Positions 27,962 through 38,614 of a stretch of 64,000 nucleotides of DNA are shown here, in pieces. The translations under genes and the position numbers were made by a program. The notes under the pieces are model-generated. The model had not been told where the DNA came from. It searched no databases and saw only the letters and a list, made by a program, of their open reading frames with translations. How positions within the stretch are numbered: the first letter of the stretch is position 1; every line of letters starts with the position of its first letter. The stretch comes from Camelus dromedarius (taxonomy: Eukaryota). The stretch is taken from assembly GCF_036321535.1 (NCBI RefSeq), contig NC_087451.1, positions 48,174,001 to 48,238,000 of the forward strand, read 5' to 3'.

Positions 27962-30900
27962 TCAGTCGCGATGGGCAGACTGGTGGCTGAGCTGCCGGTC
28001 ATCGTAAGTGCTGTAGCGCTTGACGTGGATGCGGCGGACCCGGTCCCGTAGTTCAAAGGTCTCCTCGTCTTCACTGGGAGAAGCCTGGCTGCGGCTCCGG
28101 CTTGTGGCCTCCAACAAGGAGTTGTCTGGGACTCTGGGGGTCTCATAGAGTAGGACGTTGAGTGTTTCCTCATAGATACGGGCCTCTGGGAATTCCACCT
28201 GGGGAGGGGGATTGAGAGGAGCAAGTGGGGTTTCATCCCAAAGAGGGAGCAGCATGTCAGGGCCTTCAGCCCTGGTGGACTCCATAAGGCCTCCAGAACT
28301 CTCTCAAGAGACACGGCTGTCTGTCTTTTGAGGGAGGACAGGGGTCTCCCTCTGAAGGTGTGAGGAGATGCACTCTACAGACAGAAGGATGCAGAAGATT
28401 AGCATCCCTCCCTTGCCCCACTCAATCCCAGGCCAGTGGGATTGTGTAGAGGCTATGGCCTTGGCTCTGTGGTTGGGCCTAGGTATAAATTCAGCTCCAC
28501 CACTTACTAGCTGTGGGGCTTTAGGCTCAACCGTGCTGTGCTTCAGTTTCCACATGTTAATATCTGCCTCAGAGTTATTGTGAACATTACATGAAAGACA
28601 TAAAATGCTTAGCAGAGAGCCTGACACACAGTAAACAAACCAGCAAATACATAAATAAAAGCTTGGCTGTTTCGAGCCCTTCACATGCACACATTTCTCT
28701 CCCAGGTGAGCTGCCCTCCCACCCCAGCAAAGCTCTGCTGTCTCTGAAACACGTTCATGGGGTGGGGGTGGGGGTGGGTAGGTAGCTATTCTCGAGGGAG
28801 GTACCATCCGCTTGCAGTCTAGGGACAGAGTTAGCTGGGTTTGTGTTAACTGTCTCCTGTCAAATCCCTCACATGTGCCTGACACTGTGTGGTTACTGCA
28901 GAGGCTAAGCTGACTGACCCGAAACGCTCAACCAGCGGGGGCCAGACAGGAGATCTGAACAGCTATTTCTACTGCCCTGCCCTGCACTGCCTCTCCTGAG
29001 AACTGTCTCATTTTCATAGCAGCTCTTTTAAATTCATACTATCATTCCTGAGTTTTCAAATGAGGAAATAGAAGCTCAGACGGTTTAAAGGGCTTATCTA
29101 AAGTCAGAAAACTGATAAACGGTAGGGCCAGAATTCAAATCTGAATTGGGCCAACTCCAAAGACCTGGTCCTTCCCTGCTGGTCAAAAGCTCCACCTCTC
29201 AGCTGACCAGAGCAGAGTTGTGTGCCATTCCCTAAACCTCTTTTATTAGCTTTGGTCCATGACCAGTACCTCACAGTGAGTTTGGGAAAGACGGCAAAAC
29301 GTCACTTGGGGCCACCCTACCCATGCAGACAGAAGCCCCTTACCTTGGTCTGCTTCTTCTCCGTGGCGTACACGATGGAGGTGCAGCACACCTCTGCCAG
29401 CTTCCGACCCTGGCCGTAGAAAGACCAGCAGCAGATCTCATCGCCAATGACGTCCTTGATGAAGAGCACTCGGCCGTTGAAGCGCAAGGAGAGCTTGTCG
29501 AACAGCTCGATGTTTTTCAGCAGGTGGTCGTCGGAGTTGCTGAAAAACCGGTAAGGGCCCTCGGGCCTGGGTCCCAGCACAAGAGCAGGTGCTAGCTAGG
29601 CCCTCCTCTCCCCACCTCTCCCCTGTCATGCTTATGAGATAAGGAAAAGTCAAGATGCCAGAGGGACAGGGAGAGAAAGGGTCACAGGGCACCCTTTGGG
29701 TTTGGGGGCCTGCAAGGAAAAGGAGGTGGTTGGTTTTAAGTTAAAGTAGAGAAAACTGGGGGAGGGAGGTCTCCTCTCATCAGGCCCAGAAGGAAAGAGG
29801 TCACTGCCATCTCAGCAGGAGGACCCCTACCCTTGCTGTCGGGGTGGCACTGGCAACATGCCTGCCCACGAGGAGTCACTGAGAGGGTCTGGGTCTCCAA
29901 GCCTGCAGCCTCCTGCATATACCTAACTGGTGTGTTGAGAGGGGACAGGGGGACAGGGGGACATTGGCCCAGCAGTGAAGTACAAAAGCTGTCTTAGGAG
30001 GAGTCCCAGCCCCTTGGCTTCCCAGCCTTCCTCCACCCTGTAAGAGAATGCTGGGAAAACACCTGGCCTGCTGCCCGACATGACACACGTTAACAGAATA
30101 TTACATGTTCAGTCTCGTCTATGTCCCAGCCAGGGCCCTGAATCGAGTTCCAAATGCCCTGGCTCTGATTTCCCTTCAACTCTCTGTCTCCTCCAGAGAC
30201 CCAGACCTATGCTAACTGTGCCAGGCTCCCCTTGGGTCAGCTGCCCACCTTCTGTCTGCTCGCCCCTTTCGGCTGCTTCTGCAGTCCTTCCCCAGGCAGT
30301 GCACCCCACCCCCTCGCCAGGACCCCTCCCTACCTGGTGTAAGAATACTTGTTGTTGCTTCTGTTGTACAGCAGCTTCACCACAGGCTGTGAGGGAGAGA
30401 GCGTGAGGGCCAGGCAGGGGCCTGCGACCCGCAGCCCACAGCCCTCTGAGATCCCTCAGAGGTCCCAGTACCTTGGTGGAGGATTCAATGAGCCTCTCCT
30501 CTTCCTTCAGGGATGTGATGATGGGGATGTTGCACACAGGGTGGTAGGAGTCCTTCTTGTCCTGGGACACACACAGCCAAGAAGCTTTTTTGAAATCTTC
30601 TGTTTGCCAGGCTTAGCTGGGCTTTCCCCAGAAGCTGTCAGAGCCCCTCTGCACGGCCACCTCATGCTTGTTGAGGAGGCATCAGAGATCAGGAGGCCCC
30701 TGGCAACAGACACTTCCAGCTGGCACGCAGACCCCCATTTCCAGAAAACCTAAAATCCAGATACCTAGGTATATAAACAAGAAGCTGGGCCTAGTCACAC
30801 TGCCTGAGTCTGTCACCGAACAAACTGACTGGCTGCCAGCTTGCTCAGCCTGGGCGACACCTGGTGTGTCTAACTATGTTTGAACTCATCAATCATCCCT

Positions 30901-31940
30901 GCCATGCACCCTTCCATGACTGGACCCTTCTGTCCTTGAAGGAGGGGGCCCATCCTGACCTCATCAACTTGCCCCAACTCCGCCTCCATACCTGCAGGGC
31001 AGTCTGGCACATGTTCACCAGCCCCTGAATGAGGTAATATTTCGCTTCAGCCATCAGTTCCTTGATTTCTTGCCGGTTCTGAGGGAGGATGATGGTGTCA
31101 TCTCGAAGGTAATTCAAAATGGTGCCGAAGTGCTTTCCACATCGGTCTATGAGGATCCAGCCTAGGGATTCAGACGGGCCCCAGAGGGTTACTGTTTGCT
31201 TCCAGGTACGTCAGAGCAGGCCACAGGCAAAGGCCACCTGACGAGCCTGGTGGCAGGTGCTAAGAAGCACAGGAGCGTAAGGCCCACAGCATAGGAACAG
31301 ATGTGGGAACAGAACCTCTAGCTCCCTTTTTACCTCTCCTCCCTGAAACCAAGAACATACTGCGGGAGACCCAGGCCCTCCAGGCTCTGTGGAGGCCCAC
31401 AGAGGTGTAAGCTGAAGAGCCCACAGGCCCACTTCCTGGCAACAGAAACCACCAGGCCCTGCTTGCCTTCTGCCCACTGCCTGGTCACTATTGGTTCTAG
31501 TGAATATTTTTAAAGTATGCATCTTCTCCCTGGAAAACGTGTAAACACACAACATTCTATACACAATTTCAAAGAATTCTGAAGCTCTACTAAGAACTCC
31601 AGGTGAAGGAGTCTTACACTAGGTGAACAGGAAAAATGGGCCTAGACCTACCAGGCTTAAGCCCTGCCCTGAAGTCATTTCCTCAGGAGCCCTTCCTTCC
31701 CTCCCCAGCCCGCCTCACAAGTCCCAGTGCCTCACCTTCTTTGTCAGTCAGCACCTCCATGCGCCCACTGAACATGGCCTTGAGCATGGTGTCGTGCCGG
31801 GTTAGTGCCCGCACGGTGGTGTAGTACAGGGAACCACCCACGTTGAGCTGGACGTATTTGTTGCCCAGGCCTCCTCCCTTGAAGCCGCTTAGCTTGGGCT
31901 TGGCCCCTGAGGCTGGACACAGACAGGTATCCCCCGACAT
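27962..31940 (-). CDS. TNFAIP1: TNFAIP1 (BACURD2; BTB/KCTD Cullin-3 adaptor), 6 coding exons, 316 aa
   Basis: Exons 31736-31940, 30992-31161, 30472-30561, 30334-30386, 29344-29539, 27962-28198; GT-AG; 951 nt in frame. BTB domain [32 protein letters not shown]...[19 protein letters not shown]; QTK|VEFP motif across the last junction. The ATG exon acceptor is at 32054-32055. Confidence 0.98.
28470..29180. mobile_element. MIR elements, TNFAIP1 last intron (other MIRs at ~2850-2950, 4200-4320, 4870-4930, 11380-11520, 20930-21070, 22690-22810, 23130-23340)
   Basis: MIR core motifs (cttcagtttccacatgt, ttttcaaatgaggaaatagaagctcagacgg, gaattcaaatc). Confidence 0.6.
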
Positions 31941-32007
31941 CTCCCGCTGCAGGTAGATCACCACACGGCAGGAGGTCGGCTTGGAAGGCTCCACTGTGGT
32001 GGAAGGG

Positions 32008-32043
32008 TCACGAGCGAGTGGCCAGTGGAGGCCAGAGCCTCAT
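32008..32043 (-). other. uORF ([11 protein letters not shown]) in the TNFAIP1 5'UTR
   Basis: ATG at 32043, 10 nt inside the ATG-containing exon; TGA at 32008-32010; ends 67 nt before the main ATG. Confidence 0.6.
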
Positions 32044-32999
32044 GCTCTCAGCACTGTGAGCGGGAGATGGGAGAGAAGATAGGAGTCAGTGGAGGAGAGC
32101 CCTCAGCCAGGAGTGGGGAGGAAGAAAAAGACATTCCTGCCATGATATTCTTCATGGTACCAGCAACCAGGCCCGGGAGCACAGTCTCCCAGAACCTGGT
32201 GCTGGTCACCTCATTAGCCTTCCTGAGACTCAGCTGAGCTCTGGGTGGCAAGGCAAGCAAACCCTTAGAACTAGTCAGAGACAGCTCCAGGAACAGACTG
32301 GGCAGAGCAGAAGTCCTTACCCCGGGGAGCCACCAGTCAGCTTCCAGTTATTTTCTTCTTAAGGTTCCCAGGATCCAAGGCTTCCAGCCAAAAAACCTAC
32401 TGGGAATCCAGCCAGCCTAGGAGTTTCCCAGGAGTCCGAGGGACAGGATGCACTTCCTTTCTAATGATTCCAGGCTCAGGAGCAGCCTGCACCAGTGCTT
32501 CCTTTGAACACCACCCAGAGTCTGGCTTCAGGAAGGCAAGTAAGAGCAGCCTCAGATGAGCATGGACTGAGCCAGGCTGGAGGGAGCCAGCCAGCATGCC
32601 CAGCAGAGGTTACCTTGGCTTCAGTCGGGGTTTCCTGACCTTCCCCTGTTTTTGCATCATCCCTGTCCCAAGTTCCTGAAATTGTCACCATTTTTCAGGA
32701 TAGAACAACCACAGGATGGCTATTTTTGCTCCTTTTTCCTGAGAGGGGGCCCAGCCTATCTCTTCCTTTCTTCCTGCCCAAAAAGAATGGGGAGATAGGA
32801 TAAGAAAAGACCAGATGATAAATCTAAAAACAATTAAGTGATTTGGAAACTGAAACACTAAAAGGAGTTCATAGAAGGGAGGAGTGAGGAAGGCAAAAGA
32901 GGGCAAAGCCAGGTCACCTCTTGTGATCTAGATTCTACATATGTTTTGGTTTTCTTAAGAATCACTAAAATTATTCATTGAAAGAAAAAAATAGCAAAC

Positions 33000-33800
33000 A
33001 TTCTTTCCATGTTTATTATGTTCCAGGTACTATTCTAGGCACTTAAAACATCTCAGCTCATTTAATTCATTCGGCAATAAAACAATATTGAGTGCCTAGC
33101 AGGTTAAGCAGTAGGGACAGATATGAAAAGATATTGTCCTTGCCTTCAAGGAGTTCAAAGAAGCATGATAATGTTAACAAGAATAAAAATAGTAACAGTT
33201 AGCATTTACTTGGCCCCTGCTTTGTGCCAGGTGCTGGGGATACAGAAGAGAACAAACAAGTCACAGCCTCGAGGAGCTTATGTTCTAGTGGGAAGACAGA
33301 CAGCCAACAAGAAAATGAACAAATAAGCAGGCAATTCTAGAAGGTGAGAAATGTAATAAAGATGATAAAACAGAAATAAGAGGCACTAATTTGGATGGGG
33401 AGCTGGGGAAAGCCTCTTTGGGAAGGTGACATTCCAGCTGAGGTCTGAAAGAGCATTCCAGATAGACGGAAGAGTAAGTGCAAAGTTCCTCAGTTAGACA
33501 CAAGTTTTAGGAACAGAAATAAGGCCAAGGTGGCTGGTGCATAGAAAGAAAGGGGAAGTTGGCTGGATGTAAAGTCAGGGAAAGCAGGGGCTGAATCATA
33601 TTGAAGACTTTGGATTTTATACTAATTGTAAGAGTAATGGATTGTAGGGTTTGAACAGTGGAGTGATATGATCCGAGTTTACTCCGGCTGCTTTGTAGCG
33701 AATGGATTGTAAGGTTGCAGGAGAGCAAGTGGGAAGACCAGAGGAAGCAGTAGTCTAGGCAAGAAATGATGAAGGCTTGGACTACAGTGGTGGTTAATAC
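33000..33800. mobile_element. MIR/LINE-2 remnants, TNFAIP1 intron 1
   Basis: ttcattcggcaata...attgagtgcctagc...tttgtgccaggtgctggggatacag...gacattccagctgaggtctgaa... is an L2 3'-end pattern. Confidence 0.6.
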
Positions 33801-35016
33801 AGTCAGAAAAAAAAGTGGAATGGCGTCATTTCATCATCACACACGCAGACATTTACATCATCTCTAAGTGCACTGGTTTTCCCACGTTTACTGCTCGACT
33901 CTCCAAACAGTCCTTAGCACAATGCTATGCACATTTAAAAGTATTTAATGTTAAAAAAAGTATTTAATATGTCAGTCTGTTAGACTGAAATCCCTGCAAA
34001 GATTTAAGTAGGTCCTAGGGAAGAATGTCCAAGGAAGGGCCAGGGCAGGTGCTGTATGAAATACTGAATTCCTTTGGTGGTTGTCCAATGTGGATAAGAT
34101 GAGCCCCCACCAACAGACTGCCCATTCAGTAAATAAACTCGAATGGCATGAGATCATCTTACCTTCCTTTGCCCACCCCAAAGGAATAAATCCACCCCTT
34201 AACAGGTTTTAACAAGTTCCCTATGTATTTTGTGTTTGACCCCAATTTCCCCAGGATCAAAGAAAGCACACATACGTATTCCACCAAAGCAAAGGAGCTC
34301 AAAGACTGTGGGCTACTAACAGGAAGGCAAATCCAAGCTAATCTATTCCTTTTCTACAAAGCAATTGCTTTGAGCCCCTGGATGACGTCAGCTCAGATTC
34401 TGCCCGCTCAGATTCCGCCCAGGCCAATGGATTCCAGGAATCCTGTGGCAGGTGACGCCCCAGAAAGTAATTTCAGTGAGAATGAAGTTTCCACTGAGAG
34501 CCTCAGTGCTTTTCCTTCCGGACTTTGTGTGTGGATATTTGGGGATGCTAGGGGGCATATCCGTGTCTCGTTCGGCGAAGCTAATGGGAATCCAAGCCGA
34601 ATAAAGGGCAAACTACCATGGCGGTGTTATAAGGTGGGGTCCTAGGGAAAAAAGGTCCCAGGAATCCGTCACACTGGGGATGGGGAGGGCGGGAAGCGAG
34701 GAGGAGCCGATCTTGGCTAGAGAGGGCGGATCTAGCAGAAATCCAAGGTGTAAATCTTGTGCTTCATCCAAAGGGTCTGGGGAAATTGAGCGAGACCCAA
34801 CCTCTCTGTGGTCAGGGTAGAGTCTTCCCCAGCCCCTACACCACCTCACCACCGAGAAACCGAGACCGGCTCTAACACCCACCCCAAGGGGAGGATCTGA
34901 GCTCTCCGCCTCCCTTCGCCGTCCCACGCCTTTTCCCCGAGACCGGATGGGGCTCTTTGCTCAGTCCGGGACCCGTCCATCCCTTCCCCTAGGGCACGGG
35001 CAGGCTCAGCTCTCAC

Positions 35017-35160
35017 CCTCCCCGGTGGCGCCTCGTCTCAGCTGGGCTGCAAGTCGACACCGTGCCGCCCCTAGACTGTGGCCGCCTGCCTGCCAGCAAT
35101 CCCAGGCGTAAACTCGCATCCTCCACCCACAGACCCTGCCCGCAACCGGCCGGAGCCTGA
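35017..35160 (-). other. TNFAIP1: TNFAIP1 non-coding exon 1 (TSS approximate)
   Basis: GTGAGA donor on the minus strand at 35016, inside the CpG island; a non-coding first exon is required by the acceptor at 32054. Confidence 0.55.
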
Positions 35161-35380
35161 GACTATAAGGCGGGGCAGGCCTAGCACCCAATCAGGCGGC
35201 AGGGAGGAGCCCCTGAGAGTATGTTGCGGTGATCGCACAGGTACTTCCGTCAGCCTTTCCGGGGCAAAGGCTTCTGGGTCTTGTAGGCAACCGTCCCTCC
35301 TCTCAGGCCTCTGTTTCCCAGCAGGCTCTGCGAGCTGGGCGGTGGTAAGTACTTCCGGCGTCAGGAAGTGACGTTAGGGA
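35160..35380. promoter_or_regulatory. Bidirectional CpG-island promoter TNFAIP1/IFT20
   Basis: GC box (GGCGGGGC), CCAAT, ACTTCCG at 35243, ACTTCCGG at 35351-35358 and the ETS-CRE composite GGAAGTGACGT at 35364-35374. Confidence 0.8.
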
Positions 35381-35509
35381 TAAACAGGTCTTGTATCCGT
35401 GGCAGCAGCTGAGGCAGACGAGTCGGGCGCTGGTTGCCGCGGACCAGGGAGAGGAGCTGCCTGCCGACGTCAGCCTGGACCACAGACGCTGCGGCTACGG
35501 GGTGGACAG
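35380..35509 (+). other. IFT20: IFT20 non-coding exon 1 (start approximate)
   Basis: CAG|GTAGGC donor at 35510, downstream of the promoter motifs in the CpG island. Confidence 0.5.
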
Positions 35510-35999
35510 GTAGGCCTTGACTCCGGGTCTGGGGACTTGGGCGGAGCCGGGGCGAAATGAGCTTGACAGGCCCGCGCCCTGCGGAAAAACAGTCTCAGGG
35601 CGAGAGAAACGTGGGAATTCCGCCCGGCTCTGGAAGCGATTTTACCCCAGGCTTGGGCCTGGAACTTTACGCGCCGATACTCGCAAACGTTTTAGGAGGA
35701 AACTGCGGCTCAGATAAGTTCAAGGAGTTTATGTAGTGAAGACAGCCAGCTCTGTCACCCAGGCCTTCTTAACTTTCCCCACATTCTGCTGGCGGAGCCT
35801 GCTTGTTGCACCCAGTGTGGATCCAGGGGAGCCGCCCTCGTCTTCAGGGAGCTTAGTCTGGCTCTTGTGTCTAATGTTCCTCAGATGAGCGTGTGGTGGG
35901 AGTTGGCAGAGAATCCAGTAGGCGGCTGTGAACCCTCTCCCTCCACTTCTCCTGTCTGACCCATCTCCTTCAACCATCCCCTCCAACCATACAGCTGGC

Positions 36000-36850
36000 T
36001 CAAGCCAGGTACCTGGGAATCTTGCCTGACTCTCCTTCATTTCTCCCCAAATCCAGTCAGTCATCCTTTACTAAGTCCTATCAACTCGACTTACGAAACA
36101 TCTCAAATCAGTACACTTCTTCAGCTCCAAGCCTTGGTCATTGTAATAGCCTGCCCTGTTTTCACAGTCATTCATTCCACAAACATTTGCTGAGTGCCAG
36201 TTTGGTGCAGGCACCATTCTAGATGCTAGAGTTACAGGGATGAACAAGATAGGTGTGGCCTCACCCTCTTGTTCCCTCCAACACATTCTCCATCCTGGGT
36301 CAGAGGGATTTCTCTAAAAGGTATATTCGTTTATGCCATTCTGCTGAGAATCTGCTGGCTGCCCATTAATTATACTTATCCAGGCTCATTACTGCTGCTT
36401 TCAGAACCTCCACCATCCAGCTCTAGCTTCCTCATCCTCTTCCGCTCTCCCCCTTGCTCAGTGTTTCAACCACACTGTACTTTTGTTCTTGGAATGTGTT
36501 AAATTTTTTTTAGAGCCTCAGCGTCTTCACACATGCTTTTCCTTCTGCCTGGAATATCTCCTTCTCCCTTCAACTTGACAAACTTCTGGGCATCCTTTAG
36601 GCCTCAGCTTAACTGTCACTTTCAGAAGGCTTTTATTTACAAATTTTTTGTAATTTTGTTTCCATGTGAGTTACTTCCTCCTGCTAAGGCTTCACATAGG
36701 ACCGTGTGCTTTTCCTCATACTATTATCACTATTTGTGATTATTTGTGTACTGTCTGTCCAGAGGTCAGAAACTAAAGTATTAAAGCATTTTCTTCACTA
36801 CTCTATCCCCAGAGCAGGGACTCAGTAGATGTTGGTGAATAAATGCACAC
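36000..36850. mobile_element. LINE-2 remnants, IFT20 intron 1
   Basis: cattcattccacaaacatttgctgagtgcc..., ccttctgcctggaatatctcc..., gactcagtagatgttggtgaataaatg are typical L2 tail motifs. Confidence 0.6.
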
Positions 36851-38614
36851 CCTCAGGAAGAGCAGTGGTAGTTGAACTGGATCTTTGTGCCCTCAGGTTA
36901 TTTGAAGCTTTCTAGACCAGCTGGTCTGATTAATCACCAGGTAGGTGATTATATGTGAGTATATGTGTAAATAGAACAAATAGGAAGACATATCTTTTTT
37001 AAAAGCCCAGTTATAAGGAACCTCTGGATGATTAAAATGTTTCAAAAAGCCTATTTATTTGTGTGGACTCTAGTGAGGCCAAAGGCTCTGGGCCACAGTC
37101 ATTCACAGCCAGGTATGCATTAGTTGGCCCACACAGTGTTGAAAGTGGGTTTTTTTTTTCTTACTTAAAATTTTTAAATTAGATACTTTACTTTAAAAAT
37201 CAGATTACATATATAAATCTGGATTTCTAGTCTTCTTGAAAATCAGTTCTGGCAACAGTGGGACTTAATTCTTTCAAACCATTGCTCTTCCTATGGTATA
37301 CCAACCTTAGGCAGTCACTCTCAGAATCACCCTTTTCAGAACAGAACTTCTCTAAGGAAGCTGGAAGGGAAACAGGTGAGGCTGGGGGAGGTGGGAGGGA
37401 AGGGCTCAGGGCCAGGTTGCCGTAGGCTTTGGAACACCTGGGGTTTTGGAGTTGGTATAGCAGCCAAGACAGAGCATGTGCTCCCTTAGAGAGAGGGAGA
37501 GAGGGAGGGAGAGGGAGAGAATGAATGAAAATGAGGATTGAGGATGAGGATGAGTTTTCAGTGTTTCCTTCCCAGAATTGAGGCATTCTTTGGACCAGGA
37601 ATGCAAGGTGACCTGGGAAAAGAAATCTCTGTTGGTTCTTTTGGCCTACAGAGAAAAACCCAAACTCTTTAGCTTAGCACACAGGGTCTTTTTGATCCGG
37701 CTCCATCCGACCTTTCCAGCTTCATCCGTCTTCTTTGCAGGATAGGCCCTTCCAGCGGCTTCAGGCTCTTGTCCAGGCTGTTTTCTCAGCTTGGAATGCC
37801 TTTCCCTGGCCTTTTTACTTGGTGTGTCCTTGGTGATACTTCATTCTGTTTTGTGCTTTCTGCTAGAAAGACACTGACCCAAGCTTTGGGTCCCAGTTCA
37901 GGCACGTGTACCTGTGGCGTACATTTTGGGTAGTATTCTTACACTTGGCTTCTTACTTTCTTAAGCCTAATTTGTAATTCACTCACATTTTCTCTTTTAC
38001 TTGCTTTTTGTGTTGTTCCAGTACTGTATCTGAAAAGCTTTTTCATGTCCTTTGGATACATTAATGGGGATAAATAAATAGGCTTATGGCTCACAACTTA
38101 GTTGACACGTCAACTCCCTCACCCTAAGTTAACTGCTGTGTTCTCCTCCAGCGCTTTGGTGATATTTCTGTAAAGCACTTAACACAGTATAATTTTTCAG
38201 TGTACATGTCTGTCTTCCTCCAGCTGAACTCTGTGCTCCTCCAGGGCGGGCACCACGTGCACTCATCTTTACCCNNNNNNNNNNNNNNNNNNNNNNNNNN
38301 NNNNNNNNNNNNNNNNNNNNNNNNNNNNNNNNNNNNNNNNNNNNNNNNNNNNNNNNNNNNNNNNNNNNNNNNNNNNNNNNNNNNNNNNNNNNNNNNNNNN
38401 NNNNNNNCTTCAAAGCAGAACTTCTCTTCTCTAGGGAAGCTGGAGGGAAACAGGTGAGGCTCAAAGAGGTGGAGGCAGAGGGTGGGCGGAGCCTTTGGAA
38501 TACCTGGGTTTTTGGCATTGGTGTCCGGGGCCAGGAGTGGGACTGGGCTGGAAGCATGTATTTCCTTGGGTGGCTGGGAAGTGATCTGGGATTGGGGCTG
38601 GTTTCTTTACAGCC

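Noticed and set aside
27637-28314. 225-aa minus-strand ORF over the TNFAIP1 last exon
   Set aside because: Alternative frame of a real exon plus UTR; no domain or splice support.
28393-28405. AGAAGATTAGCAT matching the U6 central region
   Set aside because: A 13-nt match with no tail, TSD or extension; likely chance.
31941-31994. Apparent N-terminal extension of TNFAIP1 (MEPSKPT...) in the ORF track
   Set aside because: The start at 31994 is GTG, not ATG; the ORF track allows alternative starts.
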